Shown in pieces: positions 18,817 to 28,477 of a stretch of 40,277 bases of DNA (within the stretch, counting starts at the first letter, position 1; each line of letters starts with the position of its first letter). Source of the stretch: Candidatus Eiseniibacteriota bacterium. GTDB taxonomy: Bacteria; Arandabacterota; Arandabacteria; Arandabacterales; Arandabacteraceae. Location: assembly GCA_043810925.1 (NCBI GenBank), contig JBDRNT010000115.1:1-40277 (forward strand), in the 5' to 3' direction. The position numbers and the translations under genes were made by a program. Under the pieces are notes generated by a model. That model was given only the letters and a program-made list of their open reading frames with translations. It was not told the origin of the DNA and searched no databases.

Positions 18817-20484
18817 TCAGACGCGCCCTCCAAGCGGGACCCGGCTCTTTTGCCGCTCCACCGTCTCAGGCCTTCTATAATCAGGCAGAAGCATCGGCGA
18901 AACCCGGTCCTCCGAAACGCCGGCGCTCTTGAGCTCCTTATGGAACGCATCTACGTGACTCAGTGTGAGTTTGCCCGGCTTGGTGTCTTTGGAGCGGGCA
19001 GCCGCGTTCTTTCCGGCCCTCCTCCCGAAAACAAGTATGTCGAGAAGTGAGTTGCCCATCAGTCTGTTTCTTCCGTGGACGCCACCTGTCGCCTCACCGG
19101 CAATGAACAGATTGGGAACCTCGCTCTCGGCATCCGCGTTTATCTTCACCCCACCGTTCTGATAGTGCTGTGTGGGGTAAATGAGGATCGGATCCTTTGT
19201 CATGTCTATATCACAGCGCTCATACTGCCTCGTCATAGCCGGCAACGCCTTCTTTATCGCACCCTTGCCGTGTTTCAGCTCGATCATGGGCGAATCCAGC
19301 CACACGCCGTAAACGTTCGTAAGCGTCTTTGTCCCCTTACCTCTTTCCCCGCACTCCCTTATGATCGCCGAGGATACGACGTCCCTTGTCTCAAGCGGGT
19401 ATACGAACTGGTCGCCGTCCGTATTGACCAGTTGCGCACCCAGGCCTCTCACCTTCTCGGTGACAAGAAGCCCGAGTATCTGCTCGGGATAGGCCGACCC
19501 GGTCGGATGGTACTGGATCGCATCCATGAACACGAACGGTGCGCCCGCCCTGTAGGCGAGCACGATCCCATCTGCAGTCGCCCCGTAGTGGTTGGTCGTC
19601 GGGAACCCCTGCACATGCAGCCGCCCGGCACCCCCGGTCGCAATCACAGTGGTCTTCGCACGGCAGATGAAATGCTCTTCGGTTTCCATATTGTAGAGAA
19701 TCGCACCGGCGCATTTTCCTTCCTCGTCCTTGAGAAGTTCTATCGCCGAGGTGAACTCGAGGACCTCGATGCCCTTGTTGAGCACCTCATCCTTCAGGGT
19801 CCTCATTATCTCCGCGCCGCTGTAGTCACGTGCTGCATGCATCCTCTTTCTTGACGTACCGCCACCGTGGATCGTGACGTATGTGCCGTCACCTTCCTTG
19901 TCGAACATCGCGCCGAGATCCTGAAGCCACTTCATCACGTAGGGTGCATCAAGCACGAGCGCCTTCACGAGCTCGGGGAAGTTATGATAGTGCCCGCCGC
20001 CCATCACATCGAGAAAGTGCCTTGAAGGCGGATCGTTTGCCTTATCCGCCGCCTGGATGCCTCCCTGCGCCATCATCGTATTGGCATCCCCCAGGCGCAG
20101 TTTGGTCACGAGCAGAACCTTGGCCCCTGCTTCATTGGCAACGAGGGCCGCAGCAGAGCCTGCCCCACCACCCCCGATCACGAGAACATCGACATCGAAG
20201 TCCACCCTGGACAGATCGAAGACCTTGGGATCTATACGGCTGTATGCCTGTATCACGCTCTCTATCTCTTTAAAGGACTTCTCGCCCTTGCTCGGACCGA
20301 CCTTTATATCCACCTGCTCCCCACTCCTGTGGTCAGGGTGGAACTTCTTGAGAAGTGAGGTCTTATCGTCAGCGCTCAGCACCGGGAAATCCTCTGCCAT
20401 CCGGCGGGTGCGTGTTGCCTCAACCCTCTTTATGGCCTCCCGCATGTGTTTCGGATAGGGATCTGTACTCGGCTGGTTTGCCAT
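18817..20484 (-). CDS. Fumarate reductase/succinate dehydrogenase/L-aspartate oxidase family flavoprotein (TfrA-like)
   Basis: VIGGGGAG, ANTMMAQGG, IATGG, QYHPT, TEKVRG, TRDVVS, HYQNGG, HGRNRLMGNSL. Confidence 0.88.
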   Translation of the reverse strand: MANQPSTDPYPKHMREAIKRVEATRTRRMAEDFPVLSADDKTSLLKKFHPDHRSGEQVDIKVGPSKGEKSFKEIESVIQAYSRIDPKVFDLSRVDFDVDVLVIGGGGAGSAAALVANEAGAKVLLVTKLRLGDANTMMAQGGIQAADKANDPPSRHFLDVMGGGHYHNFPELVKALVLDAPYVMKWLQDLGAMFDKEGDGTYVTIHGGGTSRKRMHAARDYSGAEIMRTLKDEVLNKGIEVLEFTSAIELLKDEEGKCAGAILYNMETEEHFICRAKTTVIATGGAGRLHVQGFPTTNHYGATADGIVLAYRAGAPFVFMDAIQYHPTGSAYPEQILGLLVTEKVRGLGAQLVNTDGDQFVYPLETRDVVSSAIIRECGERGKGTKTLTNVYGVWLDSPMIELKHGKGAIKKALPAMTRQYERCDIDMTKDPILIYPTQHYQNGGVKINADAESEVPNLFIAGEATGGVHGRNRLMGNSLLDILVFGRRAGKNAAARSKDTKPGKLTLSHVDAFHKELKSAGVSEDRVSPMLLPDYRRPETVERQKSRVPLGGRV

Positions 20485-20496
20485 CTCACATCCTCC

Positions 20497-21279
20497 TCAT
20501 TTTTCGGTGCCGGCCTCAGTGGCGGAAACCGCCTCGGTTTTGGTTGTCTCTTCAGCGGGCTCGATATCCCGTGTGTTGTAAAGCTTCTTGAGATCCTCCT
20601 GCTTCATCTTGATCATATCATCGATCTCTTTGTCGAACTTGCCCGTGTCCAGTTCCTTGACCCGCTCGGCAAGGTGTTTCGCTTCAGGCATCATGTACCT
20701 GCCGTAGAGCCGGCGGGCCAGTATACCAACGTAGTACTGCACGGTGTCGGCGGGACATCTGCTTGCACAGAGCCCGCACATTATGCAATCAAATGAGAGA
20801 TCGGCGGTTTTCGCGAGATCTCCCCTCATCGCCGTCGCCATGTACTGCATGACCTCGATATCCTGAGGACACACTTTCCTGCAGGTGTTGCACTGCACAC
20901 ATCGCATGAACTCGGGGTAGGTCTGTACCAGAGATTCCAGAGATGGGGTGAGTTTTTCGATATCATATATGGCCTTGTTGGCTGGGTAAAACGGTATCTG
21001 CGTAAGATACATGCCGTCCTCGACGACCGTCTGGCACGCCAGCGCGACCTTGAGCTTGTAGTCGCCTGCGGTCCGGTATACGGTGCCGCACGCCCCGCAG
21101 AAACCGCCGCGGCAGCCACAACCCCTGAGCAGTGTCAGACCGGCATACTCCAGGGCCTTTTGAATGGTCAGGCCCTCGGGGACCTCATACTGCTTTCCCA
21201 TGATATAGATTCTAACCATCCCGGCGGACGACTCATCCACAGCCGCCGTGCCGGCTTTGCCTGATGTCTTTGCTGCCAT
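20497..21279 (-). CDS. SdhB/FrdB-like iron-sulfur subunit (2Fe-2S plus 2x4Fe-4S)
   Basis: GCRGGFCGACG...LACQ, CVQCNTCRKVCP, CIMCGLCASRCP. Confidence 0.85.
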   Translation of the reverse strand: MAAKTSGKAGTAAVDESSAGMVRIYIMGKQYEVPEGLTIQKALEYAGLTLLRGCGCRGGFCGACGTVYRTAGDYKLKVALACQTVVEDGMYLTQIPFYPANKAIYDIEKLTPSLESLVQTYPEFMRCVQCNTCRKVCPQDIEVMQYMATAMRGDLAKTADLSFDCIMCGLCASRCPADTVQYYVGILARRLYGRYMMPEAKHLAERVKELDTGKFDKEIDDMIKMKQEDLKKLYNTRDIEPAEETTKTEAVSATEAGTEK

Positions 21280-21303
21280 GGCTTACCTCACCTTCTCTCA
21301 ATC

Positions 21304-23280
21304 TTATTTGGAATCCAGGCTATCGGAGCTCTCACCAAGACTGGCCCCGACCATACTTATTATCTGCGCATCGGTCAGGTTTCTCTGCTGGGCCGAACCC
21401 GTGGGACATGCCGCCCCGCACGCTCCGCATCCCTCGCAGAGAACCTCGATCACTTTGACTTTCTTCCTCTCCGTATCAAGCTCCCTTGCACTGTACGGGC
21501 AAACGCCGACGCAGACACCGCACCCGCTGCATGTCTCCTCCACCACCCCGACGATCATCGGATCCCTGTGGACAAGATCGCCCGAGAAGAGCGCAACGAC
21601 CTTGCTCGCCGCCCCACCCGCCTGTGCAACAGCCTCAGGAATGTCCTTGGGCGCCTGGCCTGCTCCGGCCACGTAGAACCCGGTCGTGATGCTCTCGACA
21701 GGTCTGAGCTTGGGATGAACCTCGGAGAGGAAACCGTTTATGTCGACCTGGATCTTAAGCTCGCGGGCCAGCTCCTCAGTCCCCACGCTCGGCACGGTCG
21801 CAGGAGCAAGCACGACCATGTCCGCCGCTATCTCGACCTTCTTGCCGGTAAGGGTGTCCGATCCCCAGACCATCACCCTATCGCCGTCCTGGAATATCCT
21901 CGATACCTTGCCCCTGAGATACACGGTGCCGTCTTCGTCCACACCCCTCTGGTAGAACTCCTCGTAGCCCTTGCCACCGGCCCGGACGTCGATATAGAAA
22001 ATGTAGGCCTGGCCGTCATGCACCTTATGCTTGTAGAGCATCGCGTGCTTGGCGGTGTACATACAGCATATCTTCGAGCAGTAGGGTTTTCCCCTCTCGG
22101 TATCACGCGATCCCGCGCACTGGACGAAGACCACCTCCTTGGCGACCTTCCCGTCCGAGGGTCGCAGTATCTCGCCCTGTGTCGGACCTGATGCCGAGAG
22201 CAGACGCTCGAACTGAAGCCCATCGACCACATCCGGTATCTTGCCGCCGCCGTATTCCCGGAGCTCGGACATGGGATAGAGATCATACCCGGAGGCAACG
22301 ACGATCGCTCCCACTTCCTCTTCAATCATCTCGTCCTGTTGGGTGAAATCGACGGCAGTCGTAGGGCAGACTTTCTCGCAGTTGCCACAGGCGTCCTTGG
22401 TGAATTTAAGACAGTTGGCTCTGTCGATTACCGGTTTGTTGGGTATCGCCTGGGGAAACGGCACATAGATCGCCTTGCGCATGGCAAGCCCGCGCTCGAA
22501 CTCACTCGGCTTCTTAACCGGGCACTTATCGTAGCAAAGCCCGCAACTGGTGCATCTCGTGTGATCGACCGACTTGGCCTTCTTCCTGATGCCGACCTTG
22601 AAGTTGCCGACGTAGCCGCCGAGGCTTACGATCTCCGAATAAGTATGAATGGTCACATTGGGATGAAGATTCAGTTCCACCATCTTGGGTGTCAATATGC
22701 ACTGGGAGCAGTCAAGAGTGGGGAAGGTCTCGGACAGCTGCGCCATGTGGCCGCCGATCGAGGGCTCCCGCTCGACAACGATCACTTCGTAACCGCTGTC
22801 GGCTATATCGAGTGCCGCCTGGATACCGCTGATACCACCGCCTATTACAAGCGCCTTCTTCGTAAGAGGCGCGGTTATGGGCTCGAGTGACTCATTGAGT
22901 CTGACCTTCTCAACGACGCTGCTTATAACCTTGATCGCCTTGTCGGTCGCCGTCGCGATGTCATCGTGGACCCAACTGCACTGCTCGCGTATGTTCGCGA
23001 TTTCGCACTGGTACGGGTTCATCCCGACCATCTCGACAGCCTTCCTGAAAGTGGGCTCATGGAGACTGGGCGTGCATGCAGAGATGACAACCGCGTCCAG
23101 TTTATGGGCTTCTATCATCTTCTGCACCATGCTCTGACCGGGATCGGAACACAAGTACTTGTATTCCTCCGCCTGAACAACCCCCGGGATGGTCTTGGCC
23201 GTTTCGATGATTCTGTCGATGTCGAGCGTCCCTGCAATGTTGGAGCCGCAGTGGCAAACGAATACTCCGATGCGTTTCAT
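21304..23280 (-). CDS. hdrA: Heterodisulfide reductase subunit A
   Basis: IGVFVCHCGSNI, ANIREQCSW, GGGISG, TFPTLDCSQC, CAGSRD, YCSKICCMY, HPKLRP, inserted and C-terminal ferredoxins. The RBS favours the ATG at 23280; the ORF track starts at 23295. Confidence 0.95.
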   Translation of the reverse strand: MKRIGVFVCHCGSNIAGTLDIDRIIETAKTIPGVVQAEEYKYLCSDPGQSMVQKMIEAHKLDAVVISACTPSLHEPTFRKAVEMVGMNPYQCEIANIREQCSWVHDDIATATDKAIKVISSVVEKVRLNESLEPITAPLTKKALVIGGGISGIQAALDIADSGYEVIVVEREPSIGGHMAQLSETFPTLDCSQCILTPKMVELNLHPNVTIHTYSEIVSLGGYVGNFKVGIRKKAKSVDHTRCTSCGLCYDKCPVKKPSEFERGLAMRKAIYVPFPQAIPNKPVIDRANCLKFTKDACGNCEKVCPTTAVDFTQQDEMIEEEVGAIVVASGYDLYPMSELREYGGGKIPDVVDGLQFERLLSASGPTQGEILRPSDGKVAKEVVFVQCAGSRDTERGKPYCSKICCMYTAKHAMLYKHKVHDGQAYIFYIDVRAGGKGYEEFYQRGVDEDGTVYLRGKVSRIFQDGDRVMVWGSDTLTGKKVEIAADMVVLAPATVPSVGTEELARELKIQVDINGFLSEVHPKLRPVESITTGFYVAGAGQAPKDIPEAVAQAGGAASKVVALFSGDLVHRDPMIVGVVEETCSGCGVCVGVCPYSARELDTERKKVKVIEVLCEGCGACGAACPTGSAQQRNLTDAQIISMVGASLGESSDSLDSK

Positions 23281-23296
23281 GTCGTTACCTCGCATG

Positions 23297-24229
23297 TCAT
23301 GACGATACCTTGGCCTTGACCACTCCTAGAGGATCAACGTGGTGATGTGCACTATCAAGTGCGTACTTCTTGGGATCGAGCCCCAGTGCAACTGCAAGCA
23401 ACTGAGAAAAGTATATGATCGGAATCTTCTTGAAACCGTGGTGCTCTTTTTCGATCGCGTCCTGGGCGGAATCGAGATTGTAAAGGCAAAGCGGGCACGA
23501 CAGGACCACGAAGTCCGCCCCCCTCTTCACCGCAGCGTCCAGGATTGTGTATGAACACTCATTGACCGCACCCGCGGCGCCATCGTCCTTTGCCGCACTG
23601 CGCGCTCCTATATCGGTGCAGACGGTAAGAAACGCACCGCAGCACTCCACCTTGTGGGGAAAATCGATAACGTCGCAGCCCATCGCCTTCAAGAGATCGT
23701 CCATCAGCATGGGGTCCTCGGCATCGTCGAACCCGAGTTCCTCCTCAGGTCGCAGGAGCTGGCACCCGTAGTAAGGAGCCACTTTGACCTGGTCGAGCTT
23801 TTTCTTGAGTTCCTTCCCGATCCTGGCGAATCCCACGTCATCACGTAGGAACTCGATGTAATGGACGACCTCGACACTGCCGTCGTATTCCATCTCGATG
23901 AAGTCGGTGATCTTCTTTAACTTCTCGGCATCATTTCTCACCGTGTAGTTCGCACGCTTCAAGACGTTGTAACAGCCCGCACACACGGTCACAACCCGGT
24001 CACCTACCGTCTTGGCGTTGGCGAGAATCCTTATCGGCGGAGCAAGGGCCATTATGTTATCGACTGCGAGGTTGAAGGTGGCTCCGCAGCAGGTCCAGTC
24101 AGGCACCTCCTTGAAGTCGAAGCCGAACACCGCAGCCGTGTCTCGAACAGAGTCGTCAAGCCCAATTGCACTTGCTCTCAGAGTGCAACCGGGGAAATAT
24201 GCAATCTCCATCTTGACCTCCTCAGCCAC
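23297..24229 (-). CDS. hdrB: Heterodisulfide reductase subunit B (CCG domains)
   Basis: YFPGC, WTCCGA, CAGC, YYGCQLLRP, ECCGA, SCPLCLYNLD. Confidence 0.93.
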   Translation of the reverse strand: MAEEVKMEIAYFPGCTLRASAIGLDDSVRDTAAVFGFDFKEVPDWTCCGATFNLAVDNIMALAPPIRILANAKTVGDRVVTVCAGCYNVLKRANYTVRNDAEKLKKITDFIEMEYDGSVEVVHYIEFLRDDVGFARIGKELKKKLDQVKVAPYYGCQLLRPEEELGFDDAEDPMLMDDLLKAMGCDVIDFPHKVECCGAFLTVCTDIGARSAAKDDGAAGAVNECSYTILDAAVKRGADFVVLSCPLCLYNLDSAQDAIEKEHHGFKKIPIIYFSQLLAVALGLDPKKYALDSAHHHVDPLGVVKAKVSS

Positions 24230-24236
24230 TGACAGT

Positions 24237-24656
24237 CTATTTGGTAAACTTCCTCAACCCACTGACAAGTGCCTGTTGAGGTAACTTGGCGAGGGTTTCA
24301 GCCGGCAGATCCTCGGGTCTGATTCTGTCATGAGTTCCGGGCCGGAGTCCAATCGCGCGCAGGGCCTCCATCACCTTCGCAAGATCGACGCCTCTCGGAC
24401 ACCTTGCGTGGCACGCGAGACACGAGGCACAAACCCAGTGCGTGTTCGTCTCCATGGCCTCTTCCTTAAGTCCCAGCTGGACGAACCGGATGACCTGGTT
24501 CGGCAGAAGTCTCATGGCAAAAGTGAGCGGGCAGCCGGAGGAGCATCTTCCGCACTGGTAACAGTTTAGAACGTTCTGGCCGCTTATCTCGTTTACGAGT
24601 TTTACGAAGTCGCCGTTGACGTTCTCTCTGGACAGCCTGACTCGTGTTGGGCACAT
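24237..24656 (-). CDS. hdrC: Heterodisulfide reductase subunit C
   Basis: CYQCGRCSSGCP, WVCASCLACHARCPRGVD. Likely start is the ATG at 24656 (GGAG RBS); the ORF-track extension to 24854 crosses promoter DNA. Confidence 0.9.
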   Translation of the reverse strand: MCPTRVRLSRENVNGDFVKLVNEISGQNVLNCYQCGRCSSGCPLTFAMRLLPNQVIRFVQLGLKEEAMETNTHWVCASCLACHARCPRGVDLAKVMEALRAIGLRPGTHDRIRPEDLPAETLAKLPQQALVSGLRKFTK

Positions 24657-24694
24657 CTTAAAGTATCTCCATTCTCCGGGTTTGGATCCCGAAA

Positions 24695-24743
24695 TGACAA
24701 AATTGGTCAAGTGAAGATACCACTTGATTCGGGCTCTTGTCAA
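24695..24743 (-). promoter_or_regulatory. Putative hdr operon promoter with downstream palindromic operator
   Basis: TTGACA (24738-43), N18, TATCTT (24714-19) with TG extension. Imperfect palindrome TGACAAAATTGGTCA at 24695-24709. Confidence 0.45.
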
Positions 24744-24876
24744 TATGTTTGTTGGCCCGAAATCTGCCCACATTTGTCTTGACAACCCGTCCCACATTCC
24801 AATAACGTAAGGTTGCCCAATCGAAGCGGCGCCGGTATGCGTTAGTTGCCTCATAACAAGAGGAAGGTACCGGACC

Positions 24877-25602
24877 GTGATAGTTGTTCATACCGTCTTG
24901 CTTAAGTCGGGTGTCGGCGACATTATACTTGGCGCCGGCATCGTGGCTAAGCTCGTGCTAGCCATCCTGATAGTCCTTTCGATCATTTCGTGGGCTATTG
25001 CGATCGACAAGTTTCGTGCCTTCAGAAAGTGCAACAGGCACACGAAGAAGTTTCTCTCGATGCTTCCCCGGGATTTCTCGATCTTTGAAGCCTCGCGCCA
25101 CGGACGTGGGTTCGAGGAATCGAATCTTCCCCATCTCATGATTGAAGGTGCGACGTCGGTCGAGAAGGACCTGGCGGCGATCTCTTCAGTGGAGGAGTCC
25201 CACGCCCGGATGATCGCCGAGTCCGCGAAGAGCGCGATGGAACGGGCCGCACTCAACATGATCGACGGAATGGAGCGCAACCTGAGCTTCCTGGCAACGA
25301 CGGCAAGCGTGTCGCCCTTTCTGGGTCTCTTCGGAACGGTATGGGGTGTGATGAATTCGTTCCTGAGTATGGGCCAGATGGGTTCCGCGAGCCTTACCGT
25401 GGTGGGTTCGGGCGTTGCAGAGGCCCTGATAACGACCGTGTTCGGACTTGGCGCGGCGATTCCGGCGCTCGTGGCCTACAATTACCTTGTCAACAACATC
25501 CGCCGCGAGAGATCTCAGATGGACTCTTTCATATCACGCGTGGCCGAGAGCATCGAGAAGGAGATCCTGCGTGAACTTAACGCCCCAAAAGTCTCTGTCT
25601 GA
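24877..25602 (+). CDS. tolQ: TolQ/ExbB/MotA proton channel protein
   Basis: LSIISWAI, LATTASVSPFLGLFGTVWGVM, AEALITT..GL.AAIPA..AYN. Confidence 0.9.
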   Translation: MIVVHTVLLKSGVGDIILGAGIVAKLVLAILIVLSIISWAIAIDKFRAFRKCNRHTKKFLSMLPRDFSIFEASRHGRGFEESNLPHLMIEGATSVEKDLAAISSVEESHARMIAESAKSAMERAALNMIDGMERNLSFLATTASVSPFLGLFGTVWGVMNSFLSMGQMGSASLTVVGSGVAEALITTVFGLGAAIPALVAYNYLVNNIRRERSQMDSFISRVAESIEKEILRELNAPKVSV

Positions 25603-25978
25603 AATAAACGTAACCTCACTCGTAGATGTCACGCTGGTTCTGCTGATAATCTTCATGATCACGTCCCCGCTTATGCAAATGGGGATCCAGGTGGACCTTC
25701 CCAAGGCAGCCTCGAAAGCGATCGAGACAAAGGGCAACCTGACAATAACAATAAGGAAAGACGCCACGATCATGATCGAAGATAAGGCGATTCCCCTGGC
25801 CGTCCTGCCTGATGAGCTCGCAAAGGCGCTCAAGGAAGGTAAGAAGGGGATCCTGATCAGGGCGGACCAGGCCGTACCCTATGGCGCGGTGATAAAGGTG
25901 CTCGACATGACGAGGAAGTCGGGGATTCAGGATGTCGGCCTCATAACGGAACTCGATGAAAAGGCACGCAGGCGGTGA
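25571..25978 (+). CDS. tolR: TolR/ExbD protein
   Basis: EINVTSLVDVTLVLLIIFMIT.P, VDLPKA, IRADQAVPYG. Likely GTG start at 25571. Confidence 0.9.
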   Translation: MNLTPQKSLSEINVTSLVDVTLVLLIIFMITSPLMQMGIQVDLPKAASKAIETKGNLTITIRKDATIMIEDKAIPLAVLPDELAKALKEGKKGILIRADQAVPYGAVIKVLDMTRKSGIQDVGLITELDEKARRR

Positions 25979-26640
25979 AGAGATCCTTCGCACTCTCATC
26001 AGTTGCACACATTGCTTTTATCGCGCTCATAGTCATACCGGGCTATCGCAAAACCTTCTATCTGAGCTCGGAGGTAATCAGCGTCAAACTGGTAAGTGAG
26101 GAACACCCGGCCCCCAAGCAGGTGGTCAAGGCACCCCCCCCTAAAGAGGAGAAGGTAGAACCCAAGAAGGAAGAGCCGAAGGCCAAGATAGCTTACGAGC
26201 CCGAGAAGAAGACCCGCAAGACCGAGACAGAGAAGGCACCGCCCTCGAAGGCCAAGACGGAACCGAAGAAAACCGAGCCCGCCAGGCCGACACCCGCAAA
26301 GACCTCCGCAACGGGTGGCAGCGAGTCGAAGGTGCGCGTCGATGACAAGGATTTCAGGTTTGCGTACTATCTTGAGATTGTCAAGGAGAGGATCAGCAGC
26401 AACTGGTCTCCCCCACCCGTCGCAGGCGCCGCCGAAGGTGTTGTGTCCACGGTCTACTTCAAGATCTCAAGGGACGGACACTTGATGGATGTCAAGATTG
26501 AGAAGACCTCCGAGTTTGACTTATTCGACAGATCCGCCCTGAGGGCGGTTGATAGATCAAGCCCGCTGCCCCCCCTCCCTGCCGGCTTCAAGGGCAGCTG
26601 GCTCGGCGTCCATTTCGAATTCGAGCAGAAGTCAGGATGA
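25975..26640 (+). CDS. tolA: TolA/TonB-family energy transducer
   Basis: TM helix with S..AH motif, Lys/Pro/Glu-rich linker, C-terminal YY...I..NW...FD.SALRAV...PLPPLP. Confidence 0.8.
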   Translation: MKRSFALSSVAHIAFIALIVIPGYRKTFYLSSEVISVKLVSEEHPAPKQVVKAPPPKEEKVEPKKEEPKAKIAYEPEKKTRKTETEKAPPSKAKTEPKKTEPARPTPAKTSATGGSESKVRVDDKDFRFAYYLEIVKERISSNWSPPPVAGAAEGVVSTVYFKISRDGHLMDVKIEKTSEFDLFDRSALRAVDRSSPLPPLPAGFKGSWLGVHFEFEQKSG

Positions 26641-27914
26641 TCAAAATGAGATACACCCTTATACTCGCGGTTCTGGTCGTTTTTGCAGGTGCAACAGCGT
26701 CTCATAGCGAGACAGACGTTCACATCAAGGTCACCACGGAAGGGGCTATGTTGATCAGGATCGGCTTCGTCGGATCCAAGCAGAAGCTCAAGGGTGATCT
26801 GGCCAATTATAATGAGGAGTTCCTCAAGACCCTCAAGTCCGATCTCGACATTTCCGGCTACTTCGAGATCGTAAGAGACATCGAAGCCGACCTGCCTCAT
26901 GCCCTCATCGAGGTTCTTGCCGAGGGCGCCCGGACCGATCTCAGCTTCGACATCGATCTGCGTGACCGGGCATCCACCCAGTCGATCTTCAAACGCCGTT
27001 ACGGGGCATCTCCCACAGGAATCGTGATGGTCGCCCACGTTGTCGCAGACGACATAGTCTACGCACTGACGGGCAGGACCGGGATCGCCAACACGCGTCT
27101 GGCGTTTGTCGCGGGGGAAAAGGGAAGTTCCTATCTCTACAGCATTCATATTGACGGCTCCCAGCTTGTGAAGCTCACAAAGACCCCGAGTATCGTGATG
27201 AGTCCCTCGTGGTCTCCCGAAGGCAAGCGAGTGGCCTATGTTTCATACGAGGGCGGGAACTCGGCGGTGTACGTCATCGATGCGGGAGGCCGCAGCAAGA
27301 CCAGGTTCGCATCGTTTGAGGGCATGAACGCGACTCCGGCCTGGTCCCCTGATGGTGACAGGATAGCGGTCACGCTGAGCAAGGACGGTAATCCGGAGGT
27401 CTACATACTGTCCCTGGACGGCACAACCCGCAAGAGGATAACCTACTTCTCGGGGATTGACTGCTCACCCACGTGGGCGCCTAACGGTCTTGAGTTGGCC
27501 TTCACCTCTGACAGAGCGGGCACGCCCCAGGTGTTCGTCACCGACACCGAGGGCCTGAGTATGAGAAGAGTGACCTACGAGGGAAGCTACAATACCTCAC
27601 CCGCCTGGTCACCCGAGGGTGATCTGATAGCTTATGTCTCAAGGATAGACGGGAGGTTTCAGATCTGCACCGTGGATCCGTTCGGAATAACCACGCAGGT
27701 TCTCACCGACGCTGGAAGCAACGAGGACCCCAGCTGGTCGCCGGACGGCATGCATATTGTTTTTTCCTCGACACGCCGCGGCAATTCGAGTATTTACATT
27801 ATGAACAAGGACGGAAGCGCAAAACGCCGGATCGTTGACGGGATGAACCTCCCGCGGAATCCGGCATGGGCTTCGGAGCCCAGGCACGAAAGAACCTCTC
27901 AGGCCCAACGCTGA
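26637..27914 (+). CDS. tolB: Tol-Pal beta-propeller protein TolB
   Basis: Signal peptide, AH..AD.I...LTG..G, repeated P.WSPDG (PD40) blades. Confidence 0.92.
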   Translation: MIKMRYTLILAVLVVFAGATASHSETDVHIKVTTEGAMLIRIGFVGSKQKLKGDLANYNEEFLKTLKSDLDISGYFEIVRDIEADLPHALIEVLAEGARTDLSFDIDLRDRASTQSIFKRRYGASPTGIVMVAHVVADDIVYALTGRTGIANTRLAFVAGEKGSSYLYSIHIDGSQLVKLTKTPSIVMSPSWSPEGKRVAYVSYEGGNSAVYVIDAGGRSKTRFASFEGMNATPAWSPDGDRIAVTLSKDGNPEVYILSLDGTTRKRITYFSGIDCSPTWAPNGLELAFTSDRAGTPQVFVTDTEGLSMRRVTYEGSYNTSPAWSPEGDLIAYVSRIDGRFQICTVDPFGITTQVLTDAGSNEDPSWSPDGMHIVFSSTRRGNSSIYIMNKDGSAKRRIVDGMNLPRNPAWASEPRHERTSQAQR

Positions 27915-27936
27915 GACAAAGAAGGAGGATGTGCAC

Positions 27937-28467
27937 ATGAAGGTTCTCGTTGTAATCGCCCTGATGATATGCGTCGCTTGCTGGGTAGGCTGCGGTCCCA
28001 AGAAGGTAAGCCCGCTTGATGAAGCCGATGGCGAAGGCTTGGGGCGCCCGGGCACGGAACGGGCACGCGAAGGTGATCTCGAACCCGGTGCCGGCGAGAA
28101 GCCAATCCGCCCGCTTGATGCAGAGGATGAGAAGGAGATCGTGCTCAGTCACATCAACTTCGCGTACGACAAGTATAACCTCAGCGACGAGGCGACCACC
28201 AACCTCTCCCGCAACGGAGCTCTCCTGATGGATAACCCCGACTTGCATGTCCTGATTGAAGGCCATTGTGACGAGCGGGGGACCGAGGAATACAATCTTG
28301 CGCTCGGCGAGAAGAGGGCGCTTGCCGCCAGGGACTTCATGACCCGATTCGGGATAGCCAAATCGAGGCTCTCTATAGTAAGCTACGGAGAGGAAAGACC
28401 GGCTGATCCGGGACACCACGAAGCAGCATGGGCAAAGAATCGCAGAGCGATCTTCGTCGTGAAATAA
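27937..28467 (+). CDS. pal: Peptidoglycan-associated lipoprotein Pal
   Basis: Lipobox VGC, FAYDK, IEGHCDERGTEEYNLALGEKRA, SYGEERP, AWAKNRR. Confidence 0.95.
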   Translation: MKVLVVIALMICVACWVGCGPKKVSPLDEADGEGLGRPGTERAREGDLEPGAGEKPIRPLDAEDEKEIVLSHINFAYDKYNLSDEATTNLSRNGALLMDNPDLHVLIEGHCDERGTEEYNLALGEKRALAARDFMTRFGIAKSRLSIVSYGEERPADPGHHEAAWAKNRRAIFVVK

Positions 28468-28477
28468 GGGATTCAAG

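Noticed and set aside
21304-24656. Selenocysteine recoding or hidden mvhD in the hdr cluster
   Set aside because: HdrA is uninterrupted with Cys at TLDCSQC, and the intergenic gaps are too short to hold another gene.
24657-24854. N-terminal extension of HdrC given by the ORF track
   Set aside because: It overlaps promoter-like DNA of the divergent hdr/tol region, and an RBS supports the ATG at 24656.
27200-27880. Repeated TGGTC.CC.GA.GG DNA motifs
   Set aside because: Explained by the WSPDG beta-propeller (PD40) repeats of TolB.
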